From Dehalococcoidia bacterium (GTDB taxonomy: Bacteria > Chloroflexota > Dehalococcoidia > Lucifugimonadales > UBA3495): DNA of 64,000 nucleotides. The notes beneath the pieces were generated by a model. The model was not told the origin of the DNA, did no database searches, and saw only the letters and a program-made list of their open reading frames with translations. Shown one piece after another: positions 37,468-46,285 of the stretch. The stretch's first letter is position 1; the number at the start of each line of letters is the position of its first letter. The stretch lies in assembly GCA_965208825.1 (NCBI GenBank), contig CBDBPP010000002.1, forward strand, positions 229,854-293,853, given 5' to 3'. A program made the translations under genes and the position numbers.

Positions 37468-38232
37468 TTGAGAATCGCCTTTTTGCACATCGCACCCGTT
37501 ACCGGCGACATAGAGCACAACAGGCGACTGATCGAACAGGGGGTGGATGCCGCCTCCTCTGCCGGGGCGCAGTGGGCCATCACCCCCGAGCTTTGCGTTT
37601 CCGGGTACCTGTTCCTCAAGTCCATCGGCACCGGCTGGATTCAACCCCAGCCCGACGGCTGGATGACCGGGTTCCGCGACTTTGTCCGGGCCCGCAACCT
37701 GACGGTGTTCCTCTCTCATCCCGAATTAGACCCCTCCTCCGGCCGCATGTTCAACTCGGTATTCGTCATCGACGCCAACGGGGACATCACCGGTCGACAT
37801 CGCAAGGTGAAGACCCTGGGAGGCGCCGAGGCCTGGTCCAGCCCCGGATGGAAGATCGCCCCGCTGGAATGCGATGGCGTCAAGACCGGCATTCTCGTTT
37901 GCGCCGACGCTTACAAGAACGACGTCGCCGAAGTCCTGGTCGGCAAGGGCGCCCAGTTGCTGATATCCCCCGTCTCCTGGGGCCCCGGACACTGCGGCCC
38001 CGACGGCGAATGGGAGGCCCGGACCGTGCAGACCGGGTTGCCCATTATGGTCTGCAATCGTACCGGGCTGGAACCCGAAGAGCTGGACTACCGCGAGGCC
38101 GAGAGTGTCGTGGCCCACCACGGACGCCGCCTTCTGGAGGCCACATCAGAGGGTTCGGTCGTCCTCACCTTCGACTGGGACATGGAGACCATGACCCTCC
38201 AGTCTCAGGATTTCGACCGCACCTACCTGTAG
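37468..38232 (+). CDS. carbon-nitrogen hydrolase (nitrilase superfamily)
   Basis: Catalytic E-K-C triad context: ITPELCVSGY, GRHRKVKTLG and TGILVCADAY. TTG start. Confidence 0.8.
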   Translation: MRIAFLHIAPVTGDIEHNRRLIEQGVDAASSAGAQWAITPELCVSGYLFLKSIGTGWIQPQPDGWMTGFRDFVRARNLTVFLSHPELDPSSGRMFNSVFVIDANGDITGRHRKVKTLGGAEAWSSPGWKIAPLECDGVKTGILVCADAYKNDVAEVLVGKGAQLLISPVSWGPGHCGPDGEWEARTVQTGLPIMVCNRTGLEPEELDYREAESVVAHHGRRLLEATSEGSVVLTFDWDMETMTLQSQDFDRTYL

Positions 38233-38334
38233 TGCCCGTCAACCTCTGGCCACTGCCTCGAAACCCGCTACTGCCCCAACCCGTCATTCCCATGAAATTA
38301 ACCCATTTCAATTCGCTACCGTGGTCGCAAGGCC

Positions 38335-38363
38335 AACCCGTCATTCCCGCGAAAGCGGGAAGG
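38335..38363. repeat. family A hairpin repeat abutting the IS30 end
   Basis: AACCCGTCATTCCCGCGAAAGCGGGAAGG, with a degenerate half-copy at 38278-38300. Confidence 0.75.
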
Positions 38364-39351
38364 TGGATTCACATTTCAAGTGCAACACCTGGTATGAATG
38401 GAATTCGGATGGTGTGAGGTAACCCAGGGACTTGCGAGGGGTGTTGTTGTCCGCCTGTGCCAGCTGGATGAGTTCCTGGTCGGAACAGGCAGAGAGGTCT
38501 GTGCGCCGAGGCAAGAACCGGCGCAGGCGTCCGATGCGGTTTTCCACTGCGCCCTTCTGCCAAGGGGAACGCACATCGCAGAAGAAGGTTTCCACACCCA
38601 GTTGGTGGAGTTGGTAATGCTGGGCGAACTCGGTACCATTGTCAAAGGCGACGGAGCGGCGCCAGTGGTCTGGGAAAGGGGCCAGTATCCCGACCATCGC
38701 CTGGGCCACGGGCTGGGCTGCTTTGCCGGGCAGACGGGCCATGGCCAGCAGCCTGGAGTGGCGCTCGGTCATGACCAGCAGGGCCTGACCCTTGTTGCCG
38801 AAGAGCATCAGGTCAGCCTCCCAGTGTCCCGGTTCGTGGCGGTCGGCCGCCTCCGGGGGCCGCTCCGAGAGGGGGCGGCGATGGGCGATGAAAGAGGCGG
38901 GGCTGCCTCCCTTGCGTCCCCTGCGACCGCGCTTGGACTTGCCCCTGGGGAGGTAATAACGCCAGCTGTAGTCCTTGGTCCTGCGGATCTGGGCATAGGT
39001 GAAACGGTAGATACTCTCGTGGGATATGACGCTGCGGCCGGATTCCAGGGCAAGGCGTCCGGCCACCTGTTGGGGAGACCAGCCCGCCTGGAGCCGGCCC
39101 ATGACCTGTTCCCGCAGGACGGGATCGCGGTCCAGGCGGGAGCCGGTCCAGCGGCGAGCCTGGGCCTGCTGCTGGGCATAGGATGGCCGGTAACCCTGGG
39201 TCTTGGAGCCATTGCGTTTCAATTCCCTAGCCACTGTCGATGGCGAGCGATCCAGACTTGCCGCGATTTGCCGGATCGGGTATCCCTCGGTGTGTAGACG
39301 GGCCAATTCACATCTTTCCTCAATGGTGAGGTGCCAATATCCAGTTCCCAT
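38341..39351 (-). CDS. IS30-family transposase
   Basis: HTH IRQIAASLDRSPSTVARELKRN and DDE region EPGHWEADLMLFG. The ORF runs through the terminal IR and stops 26 nt outside it, inside the flanking hairpin repeat. Confidence 0.88.
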   Translation of the reverse strand: MGTGYWHLTIEERCELARLHTEGYPIRQIAASLDRSPSTVARELKRNGSKTQGYRPSYAQQQAQARRWTGSRLDRDPVLREQVMGRLQAGWSPQQVAGRLALESGRSVISHESIYRFTYAQIRRTKDYSWRYYLPRGKSKRGRRGRKGGSPASFIAHRRPLSERPPEAADRHEPGHWEADLMLFGNKGQALLVMTERHSRLLAMARLPGKAAQPVAQAMVGILAPFPDHWRRSVAFDNGTEFAQHYQLHQLGVETFFCDVRSPWQKGAVENRIGRLRRFLPRRTDLSACSDQELIQLAQADNNTPRKSLGYLTPSEFHSYQVLHLKCESTFPLSRE

Positions 39352-39393
39352 GACAACACCTTAACAGCCCGGTGTTGCACTTCGTTTGTGAAT
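38367..39393 (-). mobile_element. IS30-family insertion sequence (about 1027 bp)
   Basis: Imperfect 23-bp terminal inverted repeats: ATTCACATTTCAAGTGCAACACC (38367-38389) and GGTGTTGCACTTCGTTTGTGAAT (39371-39393). Confidence 0.7.
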
Positions 39394-39432
39394 TTAAGGA
39401 ATCCAGTGGGATGGTCCGTAACGTTTCCGATA

Positions 39433-39885
39433 TCACTGCGAGAAATCGTTTTGAGGCAGTCTCTCAGCGGCATCGTCGCCTCCCGAGTCCAGGTAACGCC
39501 TCAGGATCAGCACCGCCGCCGCCTCGTCCACCGCCGCCCTGTCTCGCGACGGCTCCACCCCCGACTCCCGCAGCAGCGCCTCCGCCTCCACGCTCGTAAA
39601 CGCCTCGTCCACAGTGTGTACCGGCAACGCCGTTTCCCTGCGCAGGTGCCTGACAAATCCCCGCACCTGCCTCGTCTGCGGGCTCTCGCCACCCTTCGGC
39701 AGGTAGGGCATGCCTACGACGATGGCCTCCGACTGCCTCTGACGGGCCGCTGCAACTACCCCTTGCACGTCCGCCTTCAGCCCGGTTCGGCGCACGAAAC
39801 CCGCTGGCAGGGCCGTCCCTGCCTCCGAATCTCCGGACGCCAGCCCGATGCGCCGTTCTCCCACATCCAGCGCCAGCAACCTCAT
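39433..39885 (-). CDS. ruvX: Holliday junction resolvase RuvX (YqgF)
   Basis: MRLLALDVGERRIGLASGD N-terminus. Located directly downstream of alaS. Confidence 0.85.
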   Translation of the reverse strand: MRLLALDVGERRIGLASGDSEAGTALPAGFVRRTGLKADVQGVVAAARQRQSEAIVVGMPYLPKGGESPQTRQVRGFVRHLRRETALPVHTVDEAFTSVEAEALLRESGVEPSRDRAAVDEAAAVLILRRYLDSGGDDAAERLPQNDFSQ

Positions 39886-39910
39886 GCCACCGTCCGACGT
39901 CTGGAGCAGC

Positions 39911-42634
39911 TCATGACAGCGCCGCCCGCACCAGCCCAGGCACCGCATTCAGGGCCTCGTCCAGCTTCTCCGGCTGCCGTCCCCCCGCCTGGGCCATATC
40001 CGGGCGTCCGCCACCTCCGCCGCCCATCAGCGTCGCCGCGTCCCGTGCGATACTGCCGGCGTTCAGGCCCCGCTCGACCAGGTCCGGCGTAACCATCGCC
40101 ACCAGGATGGGACTGCCCTCGGCCAGGGCTCCCAGCGTGACCACGCAGCTGGAAAGCTTGTCCCGCAAGTAGTCCCCCATCTCCCTCATGCCGTCCGCGT
40201 TGTGGGCAGACGTGCGGCCCGCCACCACCCGGACGCCCTCCACGTCCGCCACCCGCTGCAGCAGAGCCTCCGCCTCCGACCTCAGCAGCGAGCGCTCCAG
40301 CGCCGTCAGCCGCCGCCGCAGGTCGTCCGTCTCCTGCATGTACGAGTCCAGCCGCGACTCCAGCTCGGCCACCGGAGTCTGCAGCCGCTGCGACAGCGTC
40401 TCCAGCGTCGCCGTCTGCTCCACGAACAACGCCTCCGCCGCCCGGCCGGTCAGTGCCTCCACGCGCCTCATGCCACCCCCGATGCTGGACTCACCCAGCA
40501 CCAGTAGCGTCCCCACCTGCCCCGTGGCCCCCACGTGAGTCCCGCCACACACCTCGAAGCTGAAGGGCTCCTCCACATCCTCCGCCATCTTCACCACCCG
40601 CACCACGTCGCCGTACCGGTCGCCGAAGAAAGCCAGCGCTCCCTGTCGCACCGCCTCGGCATATGAGGTCTCCTGCGCCGAGACCAGCAGATTGGCCCGC
40701 ACCTTCTCGTTGGCCAGCGACTGCACCTCCAGCAGTTCTTCCCTGGTCATCCGGCCCACATGGCTGAAGTCGAAGCGCAGCCGGTCCGGCGTCACCAGCG
40801 ACCCCGCCTGCCGCACATGCGGCCCCAGCGTCGCCCGCAGGGCCGCGTGCAAGATGTGCGTGCCGCTGTGGTTGCGCGAGGAGTCCAGTCGCCGCGCCAC
40901 ATCCACTGTGGCCGACACAGGGTCTCCCACCGCGATGTGGCCCTCCTCCACAACGCCCCTCTGAACGATCAGCCCGGCCACCGGCGACTGCGTGTCCTCC
41001 ACCCGGAACAGCCCGTTGGGACCGCGGATGTATCCCCGGTCGCCCAGCTGCCCGCCGCCCTCCGCATAGAACGGCGTCTGGCTGATCACCAGCTCCGCCT
41101 GCTGGCCCTGTGTCGCGTGTCCCGAGGACGTTCCATCCACCAGCAGGGCCGCCACCAACGATTCCTGGTCCGTTGACAAGTGGCCGGTGAACTCGGTGCG
41201 TCCCGCCCCCAGGTTCTCGTAGGCGGTCAGCATCTCCATGCTGCCCTCGAAGTGCTGACCGGCCCGGGACTGTTCCCGCTGGTTCTCCATTTCCCGCTCG
41301 AAGCCGGCCATGTCGACGTCCAGCCCGTGCTCGCGGGCGATCTCTGCGGTCAGCTCCGGGGGAAAGCCATAGGTGTCGTACAGCACGAAGGTGTCCCTTC
41401 CCGATATCTCCCCCGCTCCGCCCCCGTTGGAGGCCTGGCCGGCGATCATTTCCAGGAGTATTTCGTTGCCCCTGCCGAACGCCTCCGCGAACCGTTCCTC
41501 CTCCAGGTTGATCACCCGCAGGATGAACCCCCGGTTCTGCGACAGCTCCCCGTAGACCGTCTGGAAACGTGGTATTACCTCCTCCACGACCTCGCCCAGG
41601 AATGGCCCGCTCAGTCCCAGCCGCCTGCCATAGCGAATGGCGCGGCGTATCACCCGCCGCAGCACGTAGCCCCGTCCCTCGTTGCCCGGCACCACGCCGT
41701 CGCCGATGAGAAAGGACGCCGCCCGGGCGTGTTCGGCGATGACACGCAGCGCGAAGTCGGTATCGGTATCGGTGCCGTACACTCGGCCCGTGAGCTGGCA
41801 GGCCTTGGCGATGATCGACGTGAACAGGTCGGTCTCGTAGATGTTGTTCTTGCCCTGCAGGATCACCGCCGCCCGTTCCAGGCCCATGCCGGTGTCCACG
41901 CTGGGGGCGGGCAGGGGCGTCCGGTTGCGCTCCGGGTCCTGGTAGTACTGCATGAACACCAGGTTCCACAGCTCCACGAATCGCTCACAGTCGCAGTTGG
42001 GGTGGCAGCCGTCCACCTCCGAGGGCGCCGCTCCCTCCCGCTCCTCTCGCAGCTGCGCCGTCAGCACGGCCACCTCCACCATCCGGCCGCCGCTGCACCC
42101 CTTCTCCACGCCGCCGTCGTAGTGGATCTCCGAGCACGGTCCCGTCGGCCCCTCTGTCCCTGCCGGCCCCCACCAGTTGTCCTTGTCGCCGTACCGGTAT
42201 ATTCGCTCGGGCGGCACACCGACCTGGTCATGCCAGATGTCGAAGGCCTCGTCGTCGTCCAGGTGAATCGTTACGTATAGCCGGTCCGGCGACAGGCCGA
42301 AGAGCTCCGTAACCAGCTCCCAGGCGAAGGCTACGGCGCCCTCCTTGAAGTAGTCGCCAATGCTGAAGTTTCCCAGCATCTCGAAGAACGTCAGGTGCTT
42401 GTGGTCGCCGACCTCGTCGATATCCGTGGTCCGGAAACTCTTCTGGCTGCTGGTAAGTCTCTGGGAGGGCGGCGTCTGCTCTCCCATGAAGAACGGTTTG
42501 AACGGCACCATTCCGGCGCTGGTGAACAGCAGCGTGGGGTCACCCGCTGGAATGAGCGACGCAGAGGGCATATGCTGGTGCCCCTTGCTCTCAAAATACC
42601 CTATGAAAGAGTCCCTTATCTGGTCGCCATTCAT
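39911..42634 (-). CDS. alaS: alanine--tRNA ligase
   Basis: 907 aa, with FTSAGMVPFKPFF, HKHLTFFEMLGNFSIGDYFK and editing-domain CGGTH. Confidence 0.95.
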   Translation of the reverse strand: MNGDQIRDSFIGYFESKGHQHMPSASLIPAGDPTLLFTSAGMVPFKPFFMGEQTPPSQRLTSSQKSFRTTDIDEVGDHKHLTFFEMLGNFSIGDYFKEGAVAFAWELVTELFGLSPDRLYVTIHLDDDEAFDIWHDQVGVPPERIYRYGDKDNWWGPAGTEGPTGPCSEIHYDGGVEKGCSGGRMVEVAVLTAQLREEREGAAPSEVDGCHPNCDCERFVELWNLVFMQYYQDPERNRTPLPAPSVDTGMGLERAAVILQGKNNIYETDLFTSIIAKACQLTGRVYGTDTDTDFALRVIAEHARAASFLIGDGVVPGNEGRGYVLRRVIRRAIRYGRRLGLSGPFLGEVVEEVIPRFQTVYGELSQNRGFILRVINLEEERFAEAFGRGNEILLEMIAGQASNGGGAGEISGRDTFVLYDTYGFPPELTAEIAREHGLDVDMAGFEREMENQREQSRAGQHFEGSMEMLTAYENLGAGRTEFTGHLSTDQESLVAALLVDGTSSGHATQGQQAELVISQTPFYAEGGGQLGDRGYIRGPNGLFRVEDTQSPVAGLIVQRGVVEEGHIAVGDPVSATVDVARRLDSSRNHSGTHILHAALRATLGPHVRQAGSLVTPDRLRFDFSHVGRMTREELLEVQSLANEKVRANLLVSAQETSYAEAVRQGALAFFGDRYGDVVRVVKMAEDVEEPFSFEVCGGTHVGATGQVGTLLVLGESSIGGGMRRVEALTGRAAEALFVEQTATLETLSQRLQTPVAELESRLDSYMQETDDLRRRLTALERSLLRSEAEALLQRVADVEGVRVVAGRTSAHNADGMREMGDYLRDKLSSCVVTLGALAEGSPILVAMVTPDLVERGLNAGSIARDAATLMGGGGGGRPDMAQAGGRQPEKLDEALNAVPGLVRAALS

Positions 42635-42852
42635 CAGCTCTGAACTGCTCCAATCAACTTTGGCCCGACGGGAAATGAAAAAGGCATTCCGTGGTTAACG
42701 AATCCGGCCTGTGGAGGTCATCCGGACTGGCACCGGAAGATTACGATAATCGCCGAAAGGGAACTTGAATTCGATTGTATTTTAGGCGGAAGGGGCAGTC
42801 AACGACAGCGCGGCAGGTGTCTCACTTCCGGGGATGCCGTGACACAACCATT

Positions 42853-43102
42853 CGATTATCGCAAACTCCGCTCCTTTATTCGGGCGAAAGAACGTCACCC
42901 CGTGCTTGATACGGAGCCGGAATCCAGAATGACCCTTCGGCTTAAAGACTTGGCCCGAGCGATCAAAGCCTTCCGCTTATTGCAAACTCCTCCATTATTC
43001 CGGCGGAAGCCGGAATCCAGAATGACCCTTCGGTATGAAGACCTGGCCAGAGCCCTTCGTATCCTGCAGGAAAAACCGCAAGCCCTGCACCATCGAAAGA
43101 TC
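42853..43102 (+). repeat. two tandem copies of the composite family D element
   Basis: Copy 1 spans 42853-42972 and copy 2 spans 42974-43102. Both run ..ATTGCAAACTCC..ATTC(C/G)GGCG..GCCGGAATCCAGAATGACCCTTCGG... Copy 2 lacks the inner hairpin. Confidence 0.75.
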
Positions 43103-43239
43103 CTGCGTTGTGACAGAATCATGTTGAAGTCATGCCATTCAGAGTCTAAAATCTTAATTGTTATGCAGCCGTGCATCCTGGAGGTATACTAACCAGCCCA
43201 TGGCAGATATCTCAAAATTCGCCGACAACTAAGACCCTG

Positions 43240-43262
43240 CATTCCCGATAAGTCGGGAATTC
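43240..43262. repeat. family A-related hairpin (ATTCCCGA-TAAG-TCGGGAAT)
   Basis: Perfect 8-bp stem. Confidence 0.6.
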
Positions 43263-43380
43263 GCAAGCCCAGGCTTCTACCCGGCCTGTTAACTGGGAAA
43301 ATGAACGTTCTGAGATAGTGCTGAGGGTTACGGGCATTCTAAGAGGGGCCGGCCTATGGGCCGGCGGGTTTGGAGGTGCG

Positions 43381-43644
43381 ATGAATTCCAGCATCATCGG
43401 CAAGATAGACAAGGCGAGGAGATACGCCGAAGAAAAGGAGCGGGTCAGTATCAACAGCTTCTCTGCTACTTTCCAGGGCAACCACAACAGCTACGACGTA
43501 TCGTTCAAAGCCGGCGCTTGGGATTGCGAGTGCCATTTCTTCGCCACCAGGGCCGTTTGCAGCCACACCATGGCTCTGCAGAGGATGCTGGAAGATGTGC
43601 TGGCCAAAGTGGCAGCTCAACCTGCAACCGTTGAAGCGGGCTAG
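43381..43644 (+). CDS. small SWIM zinc-finger protein
   Basis: 87 aa with the CxCxnCxH motif CECHFFATRAVCSH. ATG 43381 lies 5 nt after GGAGG. Confidence 0.65.
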   Translation: MNSSIIGKIDKARRYAEEKERVSINSFSATFQGNHNSYDVSFKAGAWDCECHFFATRAVCSHTMALQRMLEDVLAKVAAQPATVEAG

Positions 43645-43670
43645 CTGCCGGCACCTGCTGCGCGTTTTCC

Positions 43671-43704
43671 AACAGGCCGGGGCTGACACTCCGGCCTGTT
43701 TCTG
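43671..43704 (+). terminator. intrinsic terminator after the SWIM gene
   Basis: AACAGGCCGG-10 nt loop-CCGGCCTGTT followed by TCTGT. Confidence 0.55.
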
Positions 43705-43893
43705 TCCACGGCAGTGCTATGGGTCGAAGGGTATCCCGTCGTAGCATCCGTTCATGACGGGGTCCACCGATGATGCCCGGGTCCCCAGGTAACGCCTACG
43801 CCGGACACCGACTGCGAAGTGCGCTCCATTGTCCTCCATCCTCTCGGAGCATGCTGTTTGCTTCAATATCACCGGATTCCGGACAGGGTCATT

Positions 43894-44049
43894 CCATTAT
43901 TGCAATCTCCGCTCCGTCATTCCGGCGAAAGAACGTCGCCCCGAACTTTATGCGGGGCCGGAATCTAGAATGACCCCCTGGTATCAAGGCCTGGCCGGAG
44001 CCATCCGCATCCTGAAGAGAAAACCGCAAGCACCGGATAATCGAAAGGC
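43894..44049 (+). repeat. third, longest copy of the family D element
   Basis: CCATTATTGCAATCTCCGCTCCGTCATTCCGGCGAAAGAACGTCGCCCCGAACTTTATGCGGGGCCGGAATCTAGAATGACC...AAAACCGCAAGC... Collinear with 42853-43102 and in the same orientation. Confidence 0.75.
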
Positions 44050-44199
44050 CCCGGAAATCGGGGCCAGTTACTGGATTGTCCTTGACCTTCGTTGCCATAA
44101 TATGGTGCTGATAATCAATTCTCATTCCGGGATTGACCGGCTGTCCACGGGTGGATCGCCGGACTCTTACCGAAAAATTCGAATCAGAAAGGGGGCAGC

Positions 44200-45252
44200 A
44201 TGAAAGTAGTGGCAGTGTTATATCCGGGAGGACCGGCGGCGGCGGAAACTCCCGAACTCCTCGGATGCGCCGAAAACGCCTTGGGCCTCCGGCAATGGCT
44301 CGAGGGAGCCGGCCACGAGCTGGTGGCGACCACTGACGCCGGAGCCGGGCTCGACAGTCATTTGCCCACCGCCGACGTCCTCATCGCCACACCCTTCTGG
44401 CCTGCCTACATCAGCCGCCAGCGCATCGAGGCGGCGCCCAACCTCAAGCTCCTGCTCACCGCCGGTGTCGGCTCCGACCATTTCGACCTCGCCGCAGCCG
44501 CCGAGCGTGGCATCACCGTGGCCGAGATCACCGGCAGCAACGTCGTCAGCGTCGCCGAGCATGTCGTGATGCAGATCCTGGCCCTCGTCCGCAACTACAT
44601 TCCGGCGTACCAGGAGGTCCTGGAAGGCGGCTGGGACATCGGCAAAGTCGCCGCCCGCTCCCACGACCTGGAGGACAAGAAAGTCGGCATCGTGGGTTTC
44701 GGTCGCATCGGTCAGCGGTGTGCAACCCGGCTCAAGCCCTTCGACGTCCAGATGCGCTACTTCGACTACCGGCGGCTGTCCCACGCCGAGGAGACGGTGC
44801 TGGACGCCCGGTACCAGGGTCTGCGGCCTCTGGTCGCCGAGAGCGACGTGGTCAGCATCAACATTCCGCTGACTCCGGCCACCCAGGGACTGTTCGACCG
44901 CGAGCTGCTGGGCAGCATGAAGCCCGGTTCCTACCTGGTCAACACGGCCCGGGGTCGCATCGTCGACACCGACGCGTTGGTCGAGGTCCTGGAGTCGGGG
45001 CACCTCGCAGGGTACGCCGGTGACGTCTGGTACCCCCAGCCGGCCCCCTCCGACCACCCCTGGCGCAGGATGCCCAACCACGCCATGACCCCCCACGTGT
45101 CGGGAACCACCCTGGAGGCGCAGCGGCGCTACGCCAATGGCATCCGCGAATGCCTCACCTCTTTCCTCGCAGGCGAACCCATCGACCGCGACTACATCAT
45201 CGTCGACGGGGGCCGGGTGGCCAGCCCCAGCTACAGCCCCGCCTACCAGTAA
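44200..45252 (+). CDS. fdh: NAD-dependent formate dehydrogenase (D-2-hydroxyacid dehydrogenase superfamily)
   Basis: Collinear with the classical Pseudomonas/yeast FDH as I remember it: PFWPAYISRQRIEAAPNLKLLLTAGVGSDHFDL, VGIVGFGRIGQR and GDVWYPQPAPSDHPWR. Confidence 0.85.
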   Translation: MKVVAVLYPGGPAAAETPELLGCAENALGLRQWLEGAGHELVATTDAGAGLDSHLPTADVLIATPFWPAYISRQRIEAAPNLKLLLTAGVGSDHFDLAAAAERGITVAEITGSNVVSVAEHVVMQILALVRNYIPAYQEVLEGGWDIGKVAARSHDLEDKKVGIVGFGRIGQRCATRLKPFDVQMRYFDYRRLSHAEETVLDARYQGLRPLVAESDVVSINIPLTPATQGLFDRELLGSMKPGSYLVNTARGRIVDTDALVEVLESGHLAGYAGDVWYPQPAPSDHPWRRMPNHAMTPHVSGTTLEAQRRYANGIRECLTSFLAGEPIDRDYIIVDGGRVASPSYSPAYQ

Positions 45253-45298
45253 CCCGATTCGTCCGGAACAGCTCTCCGGTCCACGTGGCATCGAAATC

Positions 45299-45327
45299 GC
45301 AGGGGCGGGTCTAGTACCCGCCCCCGT
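45299..45327. repeat. family C hairpin (GGGGCGGGT-CTAGT-ACCCGCCCC)
   Basis: Perfect 9-bp stem. Confidence 0.7.
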
Positions 45328-45355
45328 CCAATGCTGGTCCTCCCACCGGGAACCC

Positions 45356-45382
45356 GTAGGGGCGGGTTTGAAACCTGCCCCC
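45356..45382. repeat. family C hairpin (GTAGGGGCGGGTTTGAAACCTGCCCC)
   Basis: 9-bp stem with one G-U pair. Confidence 0.7.
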
Positions 45383-45465
45383 CACTACCGCCGGCACCAT
45401 CAACCTCCGAGACCTGTCGGAAAAGACAAGCTCCATCCCCGCGCCTTCGGCCCTCCCTCCGCCCG

Positions 45466-45759
45466 TCATGGAAGCATCTGGGTGAGTTGCGTCAGCACCG
45501 AGCGGGGGCTGTTCACCGTCAGCACCGGTAGCCCCACGTCCCGATTTCGCGCCTCCGTGGCCACGTAGCGACGGTCTGCCTCGGCCACGTCGCGATTGAT
45601 TAGCATCGCGTCGTATGTGGACGACCCCACCAGATCGATGGCCACTCCGTCGTTGGTGGTGCTGGTGACGATGTAGCCGGCCCCCTCCAGTATTCCCGTA
45701 AGGCTGTTGATGCCGGATGCGTCCCGCCCCAGGACGACCAGTCTCTTGTTACTGCTCAT
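45466..45759 (-). CDS. possible receiver-like (pseudo-receiver) domain protein
   Basis: KRLVVLGRDASG...GYIVTSTTNDGVAIDLV...YDAMLINRDV follows the beta-alpha rhythm of CheY-like receivers but lacks the acidic pocket. It is surrounded by repeats, so coding status is uncertain. Confidence 0.35.
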   Translation of the reverse strand: MSSNKRLVVLGRDASGINSLTGILEGAGYIVTSTTNDGVAIDLVGSSTYDAMLINRDVAEADRRYVATEARNRDVGLPVLTVNSPRSVLTQLTQMLP

Positions 45760-45920
45760 TTTGCGCCGCCCGCTGCGGAGTATTTCGGCAACAGGGTATT
45801 GGCCGACAGCGTACATGGCAAGCCTGTCATGGAGCACACCAGGATCCTCCGGTTCTTGGAGGGTCTGAAAACGCTGACCGCCAATGCGTCATCGTTATGA
45901 AAATAGCCGCAATAGCCATT

Positions 45921-46050
45921 CCCTCTCCCTTGAGGGAGAGGGAGAGGGCGAAAACGTCCCCCGTAGGGGCGGGCCTTGTGCTCGCCCTACCCCTGTTTCC
46001 AGGGCCTTTCCAAAGTCTACTCGTCATTCCCGCGCAAGCGGGAATCCAGT
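45921..46050. repeat. back-to-back stack of family B, C and A repeats
   Basis: Family B: CCCTCTCCCTTGAGGGAGAGGGAGAGGGCGAAAAC (45921-45955). Family C: GTAGGGGCGGGCCTTGTGCTCGCCCTAC (45963-45990). Family A: TCGTCATTCCCGCGCAAGCGGGAATCC (46021-46047). Confidence 0.75.
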
Positions 46051-46130
46051 TCTCTTAAACCCCTGCGAATTTGCGAGGAGAAGGCCGTCCAGCCCAGTTC
46101 GCCTCTGACGGGAAGAAGCGATGCTCCTTG

Positions 46131-46152
46131 GATTCCGGCACTGGCGGGAATC
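46131..46152. repeat. family A-related hairpin
   Basis: GATTCCGGCACTGGCGGGAATC. Confidence 0.55.
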
Positions 46153-46285
46153 ACGGATTGCAACACGCCTGGTTCAATAGAACCGCGATTGCCCCGTATT
46201 TGCCCTGCCGTTGCGCATGTCGCTGCCGGAACATATAGTAGGGCCACCGGACCAACGTCCGGACAAAGAGTAACCAGGCTTCCCT

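Noticed and set aside
37104-39393. Idea that tRNA-Gln marks an integrated genomic island comprising the nitrilase gene and IS30.
   Set aside because: There is no direct repeat of the tRNA 3' end, no integrase, and the tRNA 3' end faces the chlID gene rather than the putative island.
40491-42280. 492-aa (minus, other frame) and 366-aa (plus) ORFs within alaS.
   Set aside because: alaS is unambiguous. The others are Arg/Gly/Pro-rich shadow frames.
42839-43192. 117-aa ORF in the alaS-fdh gap.
   Set aside because: Its sequence is simply the translation of two tandem family D repeat copies (…PESRMTLRLKDLARA… and …PESRMTLRYEDLARAL…). There is no SD, so I treat it as non-coding repeat DNA. The same applies to 43829-44203(+).
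44218-45291. 357-aa minus-strand ORF opposite the formate dehydrogenase gene. Analogous shadow ORFs lie at 49741-50745(-), 50685-51857(-), 51959-53053(-), 55150-56526(+), 55298-56362(-), 58386-59135(-), 60148-61209(-), 60291-61082(+) and 62654-63571(-).
   Set aside because: In each case the opposite or alternate frame carries recognisable enzyme motifs, and the shadow ORF is G/A/V/D/R/P-biased without motifs.
45466-45837. Calling the 123-aa ORF a bona fide response regulator.
   Set aside because: The conserved acidic pocket and phospho-acceptor Asp are not evident. It is kept only as a low-confidence receiver-like ORF with a shorter start.
42853-46152. Possibility that the dispersed hairpin repeats form a CRISPR array.
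   Set aside because: The copies belong to several unrelated families, spacing is irregular (tens to thousands of bp), orientation varies, and there are no uniform-length spacers or cas genes.
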